From the NCBI GenBank assembly GCA_964467155.1, contig CAYXNZ010000001.1, positions 4,070-68,069 of the forward strand: DNA of 64,000 bases, given 5' to 3'. Source of the stretch: an uncultured Gammaproteobacteria bacterium (lineage in GTDB: Bacteria > Patescibacteriota > Patescibacteriia > Patescibacteriales > GWC2-42-12). Shown in pieces: positions 55,901 to 63,791 of this stretch (positions are counted from its first letter, which is position 1; every line of letters starts with the position of its first letter). The position numbers were made by a program, and so were the translations under genes. Under the pieces are notes generated by a model. It was not told the DNA's origin, made no database searches, and saw only the letters and a program-made list of their open reading frames with translations.

Positions 55901-57518
55901 ACAAAAAGGTTGGTCAGGTTATTGTCTTGAATATGACAGATATCCTGGTTCGGATGATGCTTGTCTTTTGTGGTGGCCAGTTGATAAAGTCAAAGGTGAA
56001 GGTGTAGAGGAAGGAGCAGGATATATTGGAAAAGTACCAGTGTATTATTGCACGGGATTTCAGAGTGGTATTTTAGTTGAGGCCAGAAAAGCTATATGGG
56101 CAAGTGGTTCTTGTAGTTGTCGAGGATATGGAGATGATGATGAATATAATTTAAGTGTTTGTGAAGGATATGGCTGTGAAGATAATATACCAAACGGTTA
56201 TCATGTAGTTGGCACAGGCCATGAGTCTGGCTGTGGGCATGATTGCCCTGGAGGAGGATTACAGAATGCTCGATTTCATCTATATCCAGATTCAGAAGAT
56301 TTTGTTGTTGCTAGTGATGGTTATGATTGGTATAAATATGATGGTGATTTGCAACTAATGGTTGGAAAAGAGACTTGGGATGAAGCTAATCCTGATTTAC
56401 GATTGTACAATCCTGATGATGGCAATTTATATGATCCTAGAATTGCTTGCACTAAAGTTGTTCAAACTGTTACAACAATTGGACAAAATAAATATTGGTC
56501 AGGTCGAGTTTATGAGGGTAGCGATTATGAAACACCATTATCATCCAGAGAATACAGCACAAGAAATTCTCCTTTTGGGTCTATGCAACCTCCTTCCCCC
56601 GTAAATAATCCCTATGAATGGGATGGAATACTTAATACTGAAGATGATAGTTCGGTTCAGCCTGTATATATTACCGTGGATTCAGATTTGGCTAATGCAG
56701 GGACTCCTTACGGTTGTTTAGGAAGTCAGTGTGATAAATTTGGAGTTTGTTCAATTTCAAGAGAGTTGTGTTACAGAGGAGGACTTGAAGCTTCGGGTGA
56801 TAATTTGCGTATGCCCGATGAGTCGTTATTGTGTAATCAAGAAGAAGATTGTGAATATTTTTCCATTAGAGCTAATGGGCAAAAAGAAGTAAAAGGTCTT
56901 TTCGCTCAAAGTTATGGTACATGGGAATGGGATAATAACCTTGGTCGATATAAGATAAGTAATGGTCAAGACTGGGGACCACCAGATAATTTATGCTATT
57001 CTGACGCCACGGGGCCTGATTGTTTACAAAGAACTGGATCATATTCTCGACCAGCTTTTCCTTGTGATTATTGCGCTATTTTACCGAGGATAGAAAATAT
57101 TAGAGTCAACAATAAAAAAAGAGTTATTGGTGAATTTGATGGATTTATAGAATTAACAAAAAGTCAATTCGTTAAGCTGACTTTTAATAGCATAGTTGAC
57201 AGTCAACAGTTGCCTGTGGTTATGTATGCGATTGATTGGGGAGATGGTGAGGAGACAGTAGTGACTGGGGTAGAGATGAGAGCTAGACCAGACGAAAGTA
57301 ATCCTCATTCACTTTATCATTTATATAGTTATTGGGATTTGAAAGCAAAAGATGCTAGCGGAGTGTCTGACATTGATTGTTCAGTTGAAGGTGAATGTCG
57401 GGTAAAACCAAAAATTAAAATTAAAGATAATTGGGGTTGGTGTAATGGTGGTACAGCAATGAATGACTGTGACCAGTGGGTGGATTTTAGTAGTTGGATT
57501 GTAGTGAAGGAAAAATAA
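49953..57518 (+). CDS. giant (2521 aa) secreted cysteine-rich surface protein with CBM-like beta-sandwich modules and a C-terminal PKD-like domain
   Basis: A single uninterrupted ORF with an N-terminal signal/TM segment. The motif C-x5-G-C-x-E-[FYWM] occurs nine times. NSGFE/DDFEG..W modules lie near 51930, 53240, 54450 and 55300. A WGDGEE PKD-like motif lies near 57240. Confidence 0.85.
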   Translation: MKISQIRTKLIIFLILSISIILFFSPFIGVKAADSFAPFQIEKGSLSGNDLTAGYKIETRADGTEWVVKQGAIERTMNQVKTWAIDEAWKELKKSSAVAFKQSLKKYLNTLAYDMATYIATGDKGQAPMFEVDSFGDFVRNAADDYTGYFIEELGKKGMWGTKFNLCEPDPNVKLTISLGLQKISRPDKPECTFTEMKKNWDEALSDPNFLNDFQDMFNPWSNDLGIALTLQTGMETGASQAAEDAANERLEGMGIKAKTDPVSGKIKTPVTIVREFFYKPIEDSSASEKIFTGSIAADVIDVFLNTLLGKLVDKWLDEGIVTDFFSDSNSADYTYSGSGGGIAAAKERFKSLIEPQFGVRGDYDILAELTMCSDPTKAGPTNCVITDNFRQAIENRLTVGQALTQGYLNTSGIFGFNADGLEPNYNEGYPYRSMIILRKFRILPVGWELAAEYIKDHPAEIDGTKNLGDLVACYSASDDYNGYYANWCDGLVDPTWVLKAPLNYCKREGAGPEIISEQIMGEGYDSELTILRDDTYCADEQSCIQENSDGSCNLYGYCTEERRTWNFNADSCDPIYNTCQTFRSSDGQTISYLENTLDYGICSIDNVGCQAYCQDYDNTTENYTCTESTGDKIYLDSNAEECSAENEGCHEFIRMKPGLGANILTNSGFEDDIDGTIWQGAGTQVYDSYEGSRGLELVSNLSKTITFGPNDYNVAGQYFSLSFYAKDCGLGDNFELGEQETATSLNQAEDWQYYNTAYVYSTDFNSNQVNFSINSDSCVIDAIKLERGQVTTTYSDYRGQGLVYQKLAPDYLSCDGVGDSSACDNFARTCLEDEVGCEMYTSVNDDISVAAKVVAQDYCPSECVGYDTYIQSETIFDSLRDSYFIPTTAQVCGAEAVGCDEFTNLDEVESGGEAREYYSYLRQCIGVNDSQCAEFYTWEGSDESGYQLKVLVLKENQTTGEPALTEDDSTQCNEAIYNLDETDPSYNTDCRQFYNRDGQLSYHLYTRTVSCSDNCHPYRRTEINVDPEIVLSGECVGSDRHWDTPTAQCVVCKNSGEWSDQHQSCIYMAIPGEGMTCAANQAGCREYSGNTGNNMRFVLNDDFEGSLQDWTGVNGTTISLSNESLVVGGNSLEITGSPFTISKTVGQNVFKGNAYVLTFSAKASSASAITSIQMSDSEASTDFTTVNLSNEWQYYEVNLTNLDHDVLSDEAIVMDADGSLYINDIRLTEITDRYYLIKNSWVTPDSCNRNIKGEPSPLYMLGCEAYYDRENDIHNLHNFDYLCGSSAVGCELMIDTHNYSDYQSEVFNENDDSEITVLADNYSYIVYDSNKQCNQDDKGCQKLGEPYQYEDDLLYSDKYLKNNPDKYNEILCEAEAVGCQEWTSTDGTNYFKDPGDMVCQWRQAADTTEQGWGWYKKKIKRCNGNDGDVCLVDNDCSDGQTCQMETEDISCATTYWKTFGYGGQESRIYQPGGDWTGLCSASQAGCTEYIDPVSQFSSNIIFNNNLASPQDVDSNGIPDGWISFGGGFSQEVSANPYTLYRLSRNSLAGNISLTCNNNIYTLGSNNILSSGATTISLSDENYNSSKLIYISNNESCVINVSSASGQIGLAEAVIDYQLKEDIDKQSCNGIIDFEDGCVLFNERDSSGSSLSGLTWDADLTISDQSGVTPLVGEESNRDANVIIKVTPDRICDKWLACRSYIKDENDNNVCFDIGLCNSVDPNGNCNSFLTIEKENQIYPVVLDNSDIANMTGYAKVGYSNGSMVSDYYSFGAMEQEGEMTNVANSGFEIAGSNGYPIGWIWEGGTWNASVFKVINNPIETQTEGLGYAPEGQNFLKLGSSYNAISEFVDVVGGTANDPIEYIVTAYINTLNLKSGSAKIKIGLYDSAGNHLADASMNPEITLEPGHDWIFKLGRFNISSTNVSRIKIILYSDIGTEGNYYFDDIKIKPALNSRDSWYTPQSCRLYPQTDSLSCDYYDNSGKRQKGWSGYCLEYDRYPGSDDACLLWWPVDKVKGEGVEEGAGYIGKVPVYYCTGFQSGILVEARKAIWASGSCSCRGYGDDDEYNLSVCEGYGCEDNIPNGYHVVGTGHESGCGHDCPGGGLQNARFHLYPDSEDFVVASDGYDWYKYDGDLQLMVGKETWDEANPDLRLYNPDDGNLYDPRIACTKVVQTVTTIGQNKYWSGRVYEGSDYETPLSSREYSTRNSPFGSMQPPSPVNNPYEWDGILNTEDDSSVQPVYITVDSDLANAGTPYGCLGSQCDKFGVCSISRELCYRGGLEASGDNLRMPDESLLCNQEEDCEYFSIRANGQKEVKGLFAQSYGTWEWDNNLGRYKISNGQDWGPPDNLCYSDATGPDCLQRTGSYSRPAFPCDYCAILPRIENIRVNNKKRVIGEFDGFIELTKSQFVKLTFNSIVDSQQLPVVMYAIDWGDGEETVVTGVEMRARPDESNPHSLYHLYSYWDLKAKDASGVSDIDCSVEGECRVKPKIKIKDNWGWCNGGTAMNDCDQWVDFSSWIVVKEK

Positions 57519-57521
57519 GGT

Positions 57522-57568
57522 GTCTGAACCACTGAAGCACACTGAAAAAACTGAATTACACTGATAAA
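57522..57568. repeat. left inverted repeat flanking the GxxExxY gene
   Basis: gtctgaaccac is followed by reiterated cac(a)tgaa units. It is the partner of 57964-58010. Confidence 0.65.
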
Positions 57569-57660
57569 TATTGAAAATTATGGATTATATTGATGATAAA
57601 TAGTATAAGTCGGATATTACGGCAAAAATAATTAAGGGCGCTTATCAGGTACATAATAAT

Positions 57661-57963
57661 TTGGGTATTGGTTTTCAGGAAATAATATATCAAAGAGCAT
57701 TAGCAATTGAGCTTGGTGAATTAGGATTGAATTTTGAAAGAGAAAAAGAAATGTTGATATTTTATAAGGAATTAGAAATTGGTCAGAGAAGAGTAGATTT
57801 TTTAGTAGAGGATGATATTATGGTTGAATTAAAAGCTTTGGTGCAATTGGATGATGTTCATATAGCTCAATTAATGAATTATATTGAAGCTTACAAAACA
57901 AAGGTTGGTTTGCTTATAAATTTTGGAGCCAAGAAATTGGAAGTAAAAAGATTTATTAAATAA
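57661..57963 (+). CDS. GxxExxY protein (PD-(D/E)XK-like, IVS-associated family); N-terminus interrupted by an in-frame TAG at 57601
   Basis: GFQEIIY, RVDFLVEDDIMVELKA and LLINFG are present. Family-typical residues (ITAKIIKGAYQVHNNLG) continue upstream of the TTG start, back to a TAG that follows ATG 57580. Confidence 0.75.
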   Translation: MGIGFQEIIYQRALAIELGELGLNFEREKEMLIFYKELEIGQRRVDFLVEDDIMVELKALVQLDDVHIAQLMNYIEAYKTKVGLLINFGAKKLEVKRFIK

Positions 57964-58010
57964 ATCATGTGTTTTCAGTGTATTCATGTGTGAATTCATG
58001 TGGTTCAGAC
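57964..58010. repeat. right inverted repeat flanking the GxxExxY gene
   Basis: The reverse complement reads gtctgaaccacatgaattcacacatgaatacactgaaaacacatgat. Confidence 0.65.
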
Positions 58011-58014
58011 GATT

Positions 58015-58596
58015 ATGGGAGATTTAGATAGTACATTATTGAGAAACAATAAGTTGGCTGGACCAGCGCAAGAGGCTTTGGCGCAAAGAAAATTAAGACA
58101 AGGGAGAAGCAATGGAGAAGATAGCGCTCTAGAAGACGAATCAAGTTCTTTAAGACAGAGAATTGCCGCTAAGAAAAAAGCTTTGAATTTGAAAGAAAAA
58201 GCTAAAGAAAAAGTTATGTCGCCGATGAGTCAGGCGACTAAGGGTGCTTTACGCTGGGCATGGTTTAGTCTAATTCCGAGCTTTGGTTTGTCACTGATAT
58301 ACATAAATATGCATGTGTTTCTCCGGTGGGTTTTTCCGAGTGCATTTTGTAAATTAGGAGAGGAGTGGATACCAAAGCAAGTTCAAGCAACTAGTGGAAG
58401 TGCTGGGAAAACGGGAGGCAAGGCGATTGGGATAGTTGAAGTGATGGGACTTTTAATATTAGATATTCTATTAATTTTTATAACAATAAGTGCTTTAGGA
58501 CTTTTGTCTTTAATAGTATCAGCCATAGCTAGTCCGCTAAAAGCAATTTGGGATTTAGGGTGGGGAGGCATACAAGCGTTAATTGATTTATTTTAA
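58015..58596 (+). CDS. hypothetical small membrane protein (2-3 TM)
   Basis: The start is moved to ATG 58015 (MGDLDS). It has a charged N-terminal half and hydrophobic segments WFSLIPSFGLSLIYI and VMGLLILDILLIFITISALGLLSLIV. Confidence 0.5.
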   Translation: MGDLDSTLLRNNKLAGPAQEALAQRKLRQGRSNGEDSALEDESSSLRQRIAAKKKALNLKEKAKEKVMSPMSQATKGALRWAWFSLIPSFGLSLIYINMHVFLRWVFPSAFCKLGEEWIPKQVQATSGSAGKTGGKAIGIVEVMGLLILDILLIFITISALGLLSLIVSAIASPLKAIWDLGWGGIQALIDLF

Positions 58597-58601
58597 TTTT
58601 A

Positions 58602-61055
58602 ATGTTAAAAAATATAAAAAATAAAATTGATATCAAGAAGCATGCCATTTTATTAATAGTTACTTCTTGTTTCGTTGTATCAGTTATTTTTTTTATACCT
58701 TCTATCGTAGAAGCGACAACATCAGATTTAATAAGCGGTACTGTGGGAGTGGCTGTGGCAACAGTAATCGGCTGGATAACGTCCATATTGTCTGCCATAA
58801 TCGGTTTAATACTAACTTTATTGATAAAAATTTTAGTTAATGTAGCTCAATTTAACAATATAATAAATGTGGAAGCGGTATCACAAGGATGGAAAATAGT
58901 TCGTGATTTGTGCAATATGTTTTTTATACTAATTTTATTAGTTATTGCCTTTGCGACTATTTTAAAATTGGAAAATTATAGTGTTAAAAAACTATTGCCG
59001 AAGTTATTAATAATGGCAGTATTGATTAATTTTTCAAGAACTATTTGTGGTTTGATAATAGATTTTGGACAAGTGATAATGCTTACTTTTGTTAATGGTT
59101 TTGGTGACCATGGCGTTAATAATTTTATAAATTTATTTAATATACAAAATTATCAAAGAATATCTAGTAGTTTAGGCGATAAAAAGGTGTCTAATTTTTC
59201 AGTTGCAGGTGCCTTTATTGCTGGTTTAATAGCCATGATAATAACTACAATTGTTGTTTTAATGATGTTAGCAATTCTTGTTATGAGAATAATAATGCTA
59301 TGGGTTTATACAATTTTATCTCCACTCGCTTTTTTGGCTTCTGCTTTTCCAGCTGGGGCAAAGTATGCCCAGCAATGGTGGGGTGAATTTACAAAACAAG
59401 TTATAGTTGGACCAGTGTTGGCATTTTTTATTTGGTTAGCATTGACAACTGCACAAAAATCGTCTACAGCATTAGGTACTTTTGGTGCAGGAGAAGGTTT
59501 GGATGGTCAGGCTTGTGCTGGCATAAATGCCTTTTTTTGCGAAGGTAATTTACAGACATATATAATAACAATAGGTTTATTGGTTGGTGGTCTTATGGTG
59601 GCTCAACAAATGGGTAGTATAACAGGAAATATTGCTGGAAAAGGGTTGAGTTGGGCAAAGGGAGTTGGAAGAGGTCTAGGAAAAGGTTCGTTGGTGGGAC
59701 TGGATTGGGTAAACAGAAAACAGGCGTCTGGTAAAAGAGGAGCAGGAATTGATCTTAATCCTTTTCGACAAGCTGAAAGGATTAAGGCATCTCTTGATAG
59801 AAGTAAAGCAAAAGATTTAGATGATGTTGAAGACAAAGGTAGTGCTCGATTAAAAAAAGGAGGGTGGACAGGGGCGGTTGGTGGATTTACCGCTGCCGGT
59901 TGGGGTGATCAGCATTTGAGAGGATTTTTAGGATACAAGGGATTAATGTCAGCCGTGAGAGGTAATGAAGATAATGTAGGGGAATGGAGAAAAGAAGAGA
60001 AAGAAAACAAATGGATGGCAGAAAATGCTGGAGATAGTTATACAAAAAATTTAAGAGGATTAATTCATAATAAAATTAATGCTAACGCGGCTGGCGATGA
60101 AGATGCTGTTCAAAAATATACTGACGAAATTCTAAAATTAAATAAAAATAAAAAAGAATTAACTAGCCATAACGCCGAGTATTTTACAAAAAAACAAACA
60201 AAAGCCGCAAATTTAGCTGCCAAATATGAAGTTAGAGATTACGAAGGAGGAAAAAGAAGACGTACTGCTGAAAACGAAGAAAGAAGCAAGATTACTTCAA
60301 AAAACGAAGATGAACTAATAGCTCAATTTGGAAATGCTATTTCTCATAACAATAAATCTTTGACTGGGGCATTAGCTAAGGCAATAACTGAAGTGGGTGG
60401 TGGTAACGCATTGTTAAAAAAATATGGTTACCAAGCTACGGCTGGCTTAACTGAAGATGAAGCGAAGGGTAAATCAGATAAAGAGATTATGGATAAAAGA
60501 GGTTTGAATGACTTTATGAGAGATATTTTTGAAAAAAAATTAGGATTAGATAAACAAAGCACATTGGCTTTGCAGAGTGATTTAGGCGGAATTGGTGAAG
60601 CAATAGGACATGATTATTTAATAAAAACGGTTGGTGTTGATGATCAAGGTAGATTTTACCAGAACAACGAAAAAGACAGAAATCGTGTAAAAACAGAAGA
60701 AAAGATTAAGAGAGAACCAGAAGGTGTAATAAGAAAAAATAATCGTTTAGAATATGGAGCCGAAGATATTCATACGGGTGATTTTAATTGGTCAGACTCT
60801 GGCTTAGCTACTTTTATTTCTAATATTGATATGGTTAATAAAGAAATAGATGGTAAAAGATTTAATCGTAGTGCTGCTCAGGCAATTACCCAAGATGATT
60901 CTATGGCTAAATTAATGCAAAAATTGCAACAGCTAAATATTAAGAAAATACAAACTAAAGAAGGGCACTCTATTTCTTTGAAGGAATTTACAGATAAACT
61001 TAATGCCTACGGAAAACAAGCTAGTACAGATCAATTAGACAAGCTGTTGGCTTAA
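58602..61055 (+). CDS. polytopic membrane protein, VirB6/TrbL-like, with a ~450-aa soluble C-terminal domain
   Basis: It has a signal-like N-terminus and about 6-7 TM helices with TrbL-like spacing (LCNMFFILILLVIAF, LLIMAVLINFSRTICGLIIDFGQVIMLTF). A charged C-terminal region follows. The assignment is by resemblance only. Confidence 0.45.
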   Translation: MLKNIKNKIDIKKHAILLIVTSCFVVSVIFFIPSIVEATTSDLISGTVGVAVATVIGWITSILSAIIGLILTLLIKILVNVAQFNNIINVEAVSQGWKIVRDLCNMFFILILLVIAFATILKLENYSVKKLLPKLLIMAVLINFSRTICGLIIDFGQVIMLTFVNGFGDHGVNNFINLFNIQNYQRISSSLGDKKVSNFSVAGAFIAGLIAMIITTIVVLMMLAILVMRIIMLWVYTILSPLAFLASAFPAGAKYAQQWWGEFTKQVIVGPVLAFFIWLALTTAQKSSTALGTFGAGEGLDGQACAGINAFFCEGNLQTYIITIGLLVGGLMVAQQMGSITGNIAGKGLSWAKGVGRGLGKGSLVGLDWVNRKQASGKRGAGIDLNPFRQAERIKASLDRSKAKDLDDVEDKGSARLKKGGWTGAVGGFTAAGWGDQHLRGFLGYKGLMSAVRGNEDNVGEWRKEEKENKWMAENAGDSYTKNLRGLIHNKINANAAGDEDAVQKYTDEILKLNKNKKELTSHNAEYFTKKQTKAANLAAKYEVRDYEGGKRRRTAENEERSKITSKNEDELIAQFGNAISHNNKSLTGALAKAITEVGGGNALLKKYGYQATAGLTEDEAKGKSDKEIMDKRGLNDFMRDIFEKKLGLDKQSTLALQSDLGGIGEAIGHDYLIKTVGVDDQGRFYQNNEKDRNRVKTEEKIKREPEGVIRKNNRLEYGAEDIHTGDFNWSDSGLATFISNIDMVNKEIDGKRFNRSAAQAITQDDSMAKLMQKLQQLNIKKIQTKEGHSISLKEFTDKLNAYGKQASTDQLDKLLA

Positions 61056-61068
61056 TAATTTAATAAAC

Positions 61069-61920
61069 ATGGATACAAAAAAAATATTAAAAGAAGTTGA
61101 AGAAGTCATAAAATTTGATGAGGTGAATACTGCTCATCAGTTTATTGTTGAATTGGAAAATTATTCTAAAACAAATGAATTCCAAAAACAGGATTTAAAA
61201 ATACAAGAGAGTATAAAAAAAATAATTACGCAATTAAAATGGGTGGCTTTACCTTATTGTTTTGAAAAAGATATCTTAGAGATGTTCAGTAGTCATTTTC
61301 AAATTGCTTTAGAAATGGAGTATTTTGATATTTGGGATAAAATTAAAAACACTTTAGTGGCAATTATTCTTCACGAAGATAGAGATAAATTTAAACAACA
61401 AATAAAAAAAATAATAGAAAGAAATAAAGCAAAAATATCCAAAGATAAATTAAATAATAGCATTGAACCAACAGTGGAAAATTGGATAAAAAAATATAGT
61501 GGTTATATTGGTCTAGGGGTAGCTGATAAATTAAAATTTAATCAATTTATTGTTAACGACATAGACATAAAAAAATTAGATGGAATTTATAAAAAAAATG
61601 TTATAGATTTCTTTAAATTTTATGAAAAATTAAAATTATCTTCTCTAACTGTTGTAGGAATAGAAGAATCAATTCCAGTTAACACCCCACAATTCAAAGG
61701 ATATATTAGAGATGGGAGATTGGAAAAAGAAACAAAATTAAGTCCAGAAATTCAAAAAATACTTGATGTTGTTAGTGCAGGAGAAGATGCAACAATTGAA
61801 ATAGCCGTAGATAAAGACGGTAATAAGAGCAGTTTGCAACAATTATTACAAAATTATCCCGAAGGAAGTCTGGAGAGACGGGCAATTGAAGAGGAAATGA
61901 AGAAAATTTCTAAATTATAA
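61069..61920 (+). CDS. hypothetical soluble protein
   Basis: 283 aa, helical and charged, with no recognised motif. Confidence 0.45.
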   Translation: MDTKKILKEVEEVIKFDEVNTAHQFIVELENYSKTNEFQKQDLKIQESIKKIITQLKWVALPYCFEKDILEMFSSHFQIALEMEYFDIWDKIKNTLVAIILHEDRDKFKQQIKKIIERNKAKISKDKLNNSIEPTVENWIKKYSGYIGLGVADKLKFNQFIVNDIDIKKLDGIYKKNVIDFFKFYEKLKLSSLTVVGIEESIPVNTPQFKGYIRDGRLEKETKLSPEIQKILDVVSAGEDATIEIAVDKDGNKSSLQQLLQNYPEGSLERRAIEEEMKKISKL

Positions 61921-61946
61921 TGTCTAATTACTAATTTAAAAAGTAA

Positions 61947-62312
61947 ATGAGCGTCAATGGTAAGAAGTATGATTTAGAAGAGCGAACTGCAATTTTTGGT
62001 GAAAATATAATAAATTTTACTAAAAAATTACCAAAAAATATTATTACTAGCTCAATAATTAGCCAATTAGTTAAGGCGAGTACTAGTGTCGGGGCAAATT
62101 ATTGTGAGGCTGATTGTGCTGAAACAAAAAAAGATTTTGAACATAAAATAGGAATTAGTAAAAAAGAATCAAGAGAATCAAAACATTGGTTAAGAATGAT
62201 AGCCATGGCAGTGCCAGAAATAAAAAATGAAGCTAGAATATTATGGAAAGAAGCCAATGAATTAAATTTAATATTTATAGCTATTGTTAATAATTCTAGA
62301 AAGAATAGTTAA
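61947..62312 (+). CDS. four-helix-bundle protein (23S rRNA IVS protein family)
   Basis: YDLEERTAIFGENIINFTKKLP...QLVKASTSVGANYCEA...ESRESKHWLRM. Confidence 0.8.
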   Translation: MSVNGKKYDLEERTAIFGENIINFTKKLPKNIITSSIISQLVKASTSVGANYCEADCAETKKDFEHKIGISKKESRESKHWLRMIAMAVPEIKNEARILWKEANELNLIFIAIVNNSRKNS

Positions 62313-62353
62313 GTTTTATTTTTTAGAAATTATAATTTAGAAATTATAAATTC

Positions 62354-63754
62354 ATGCTTGGTTATTTAGAAAAATACAATCAATTATCTCAGGAAATTCG
62401 GGATAAGGTTTCAACGCCGGCAATCATGTCGGCTATTGATGATTTGGAAAAAAAATATGGCGTTGATTTAGCACCGACGATAATGAAAGTAATGGTTAAG
62501 GATATCGATTTGAATAATGTTTTACAGATGCAAAAAGAATTAAGTATTGACGAAGTAACTGTTTTGGATTTAGTTGGCGAGTTAAAAGAGCAAATTTTTA
62601 GTGAGGTAGCTGACTATTTGGGGTTAATTAAAAAAGTTTCAGAAGTAGCACTAACTCAGAGTAGTCAAGCTAAAGAAAAGCCAAAAGTTATGTCAGACGA
62701 GATAAGGAAAAATGCTAATTTATTTTTTTCGTCAGAAGATGAACGTGAAATTATGGAATTGTCTAAAGTGGCAGGAAAAATTGATTTACAACCAGCCATT
62801 AAAATATCCGATCAACTCGATAATATAATTGCTAAATTACAGATTAATTTTGGTTCAGATGATTTGAGAAATAGATTTAGGCAAATTATGGAGACATATT
62901 TAAAAGGTATTAGAAGTAGCGTAGAAACCAAACAAGCATTGATTAAATCTTTTGAATCGGGTGGACTGGGTTTTGATGAAGAATCTGTTGATAAAATTGT
63001 GGCGATTGCTAATGATAATTCAAAAAATATAGGTGAAATAAAAATAAAAGTACCAGAGAAAATAAAAACATTAGACACGGAAGAAGAAAAAATTGCTAGC
63101 TTAAGGCAAAGTGGTATTAGAGATGTTGAATATGATTTAGCTAGTGAATTAAAGAAAAAAGAAAAAGAAACTCAAAAACAAAAGAATACAGAAATTGATG
63201 TTAGTCATGAATTAGCGCCACCACCACCAGCTAAAATAATAACTCCTCATAAAATTAAAATTACTGAGCCAAAAAATACAATGCCCGTTCCGTCAGAAAC
63301 AAAAAAGGCAGAAACACAAAAGACGCAAAAAACAATCATTAAACCAGATTTTTCAATTAAACCTAAAGCTAGAATAGTTCAGAGAAAAGAAGGGAAAATA
63401 AAAATGGAGGACGTGAAACAAATGCCAAAGGTTATGAGTCCGATTGATGAATTAAAATATATGGACTTAACTAATTTTCGTCGACTAGGCGAGACTCCAG
63501 AGGCTATTATAGAGGAAATTAAAGAAAGATTATTATTGCTTGAAAATGACAATTATGCAAAAAGATTAGAAGGAGTGAAAGCTTGGCGGAATAGTCCAGT
63601 TAATAAATTATATTTGAGTATTGGGCAAGCCAGCATTAGCGAGAATAAGGCGATTGATGATATAATAGAAGAACAGAAAAAGCAAAATAAAGAAATTTTA
63701 ACTAATCAAGAATTTAAAGCCATCATGGATCTAAACAGAAGCTTGCGTTTCTAG
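62354..63754 (+). CDS. hypothetical protein with a central K/P-rich linker
   Basis: 466 aa with no TM helix and no recognised motif. Confidence 0.45.
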   Translation: MLGYLEKYNQLSQEIRDKVSTPAIMSAIDDLEKKYGVDLAPTIMKVMVKDIDLNNVLQMQKELSIDEVTVLDLVGELKEQIFSEVADYLGLIKKVSEVALTQSSQAKEKPKVMSDEIRKNANLFFSSEDEREIMELSKVAGKIDLQPAIKISDQLDNIIAKLQINFGSDDLRNRFRQIMETYLKGIRSSVETKQALIKSFESGGLGFDEESVDKIVAIANDNSKNIGEIKIKVPEKIKTLDTEEEKIASLRQSGIRDVEYDLASELKKKEKETQKQKNTEIDVSHELAPPPPAKIITPHKIKITEPKNTMPVPSETKKAETQKTQKTIIKPDFSIKPKARIVQRKEGKIKMEDVKQMPKVMSPIDELKYMDLTNFRRLGETPEAIIEEIKERLLLLENDNYAKRLEGVKAWRNSPVNKLYLSIGQASISENKAIDDIIEEQKKQNKEILTNQEFKAIMDLNRSLRF

Positions 63755-63791
63755 TTAATTAGGGCTTGGTTAATTAGGGATTAGTCTAATT

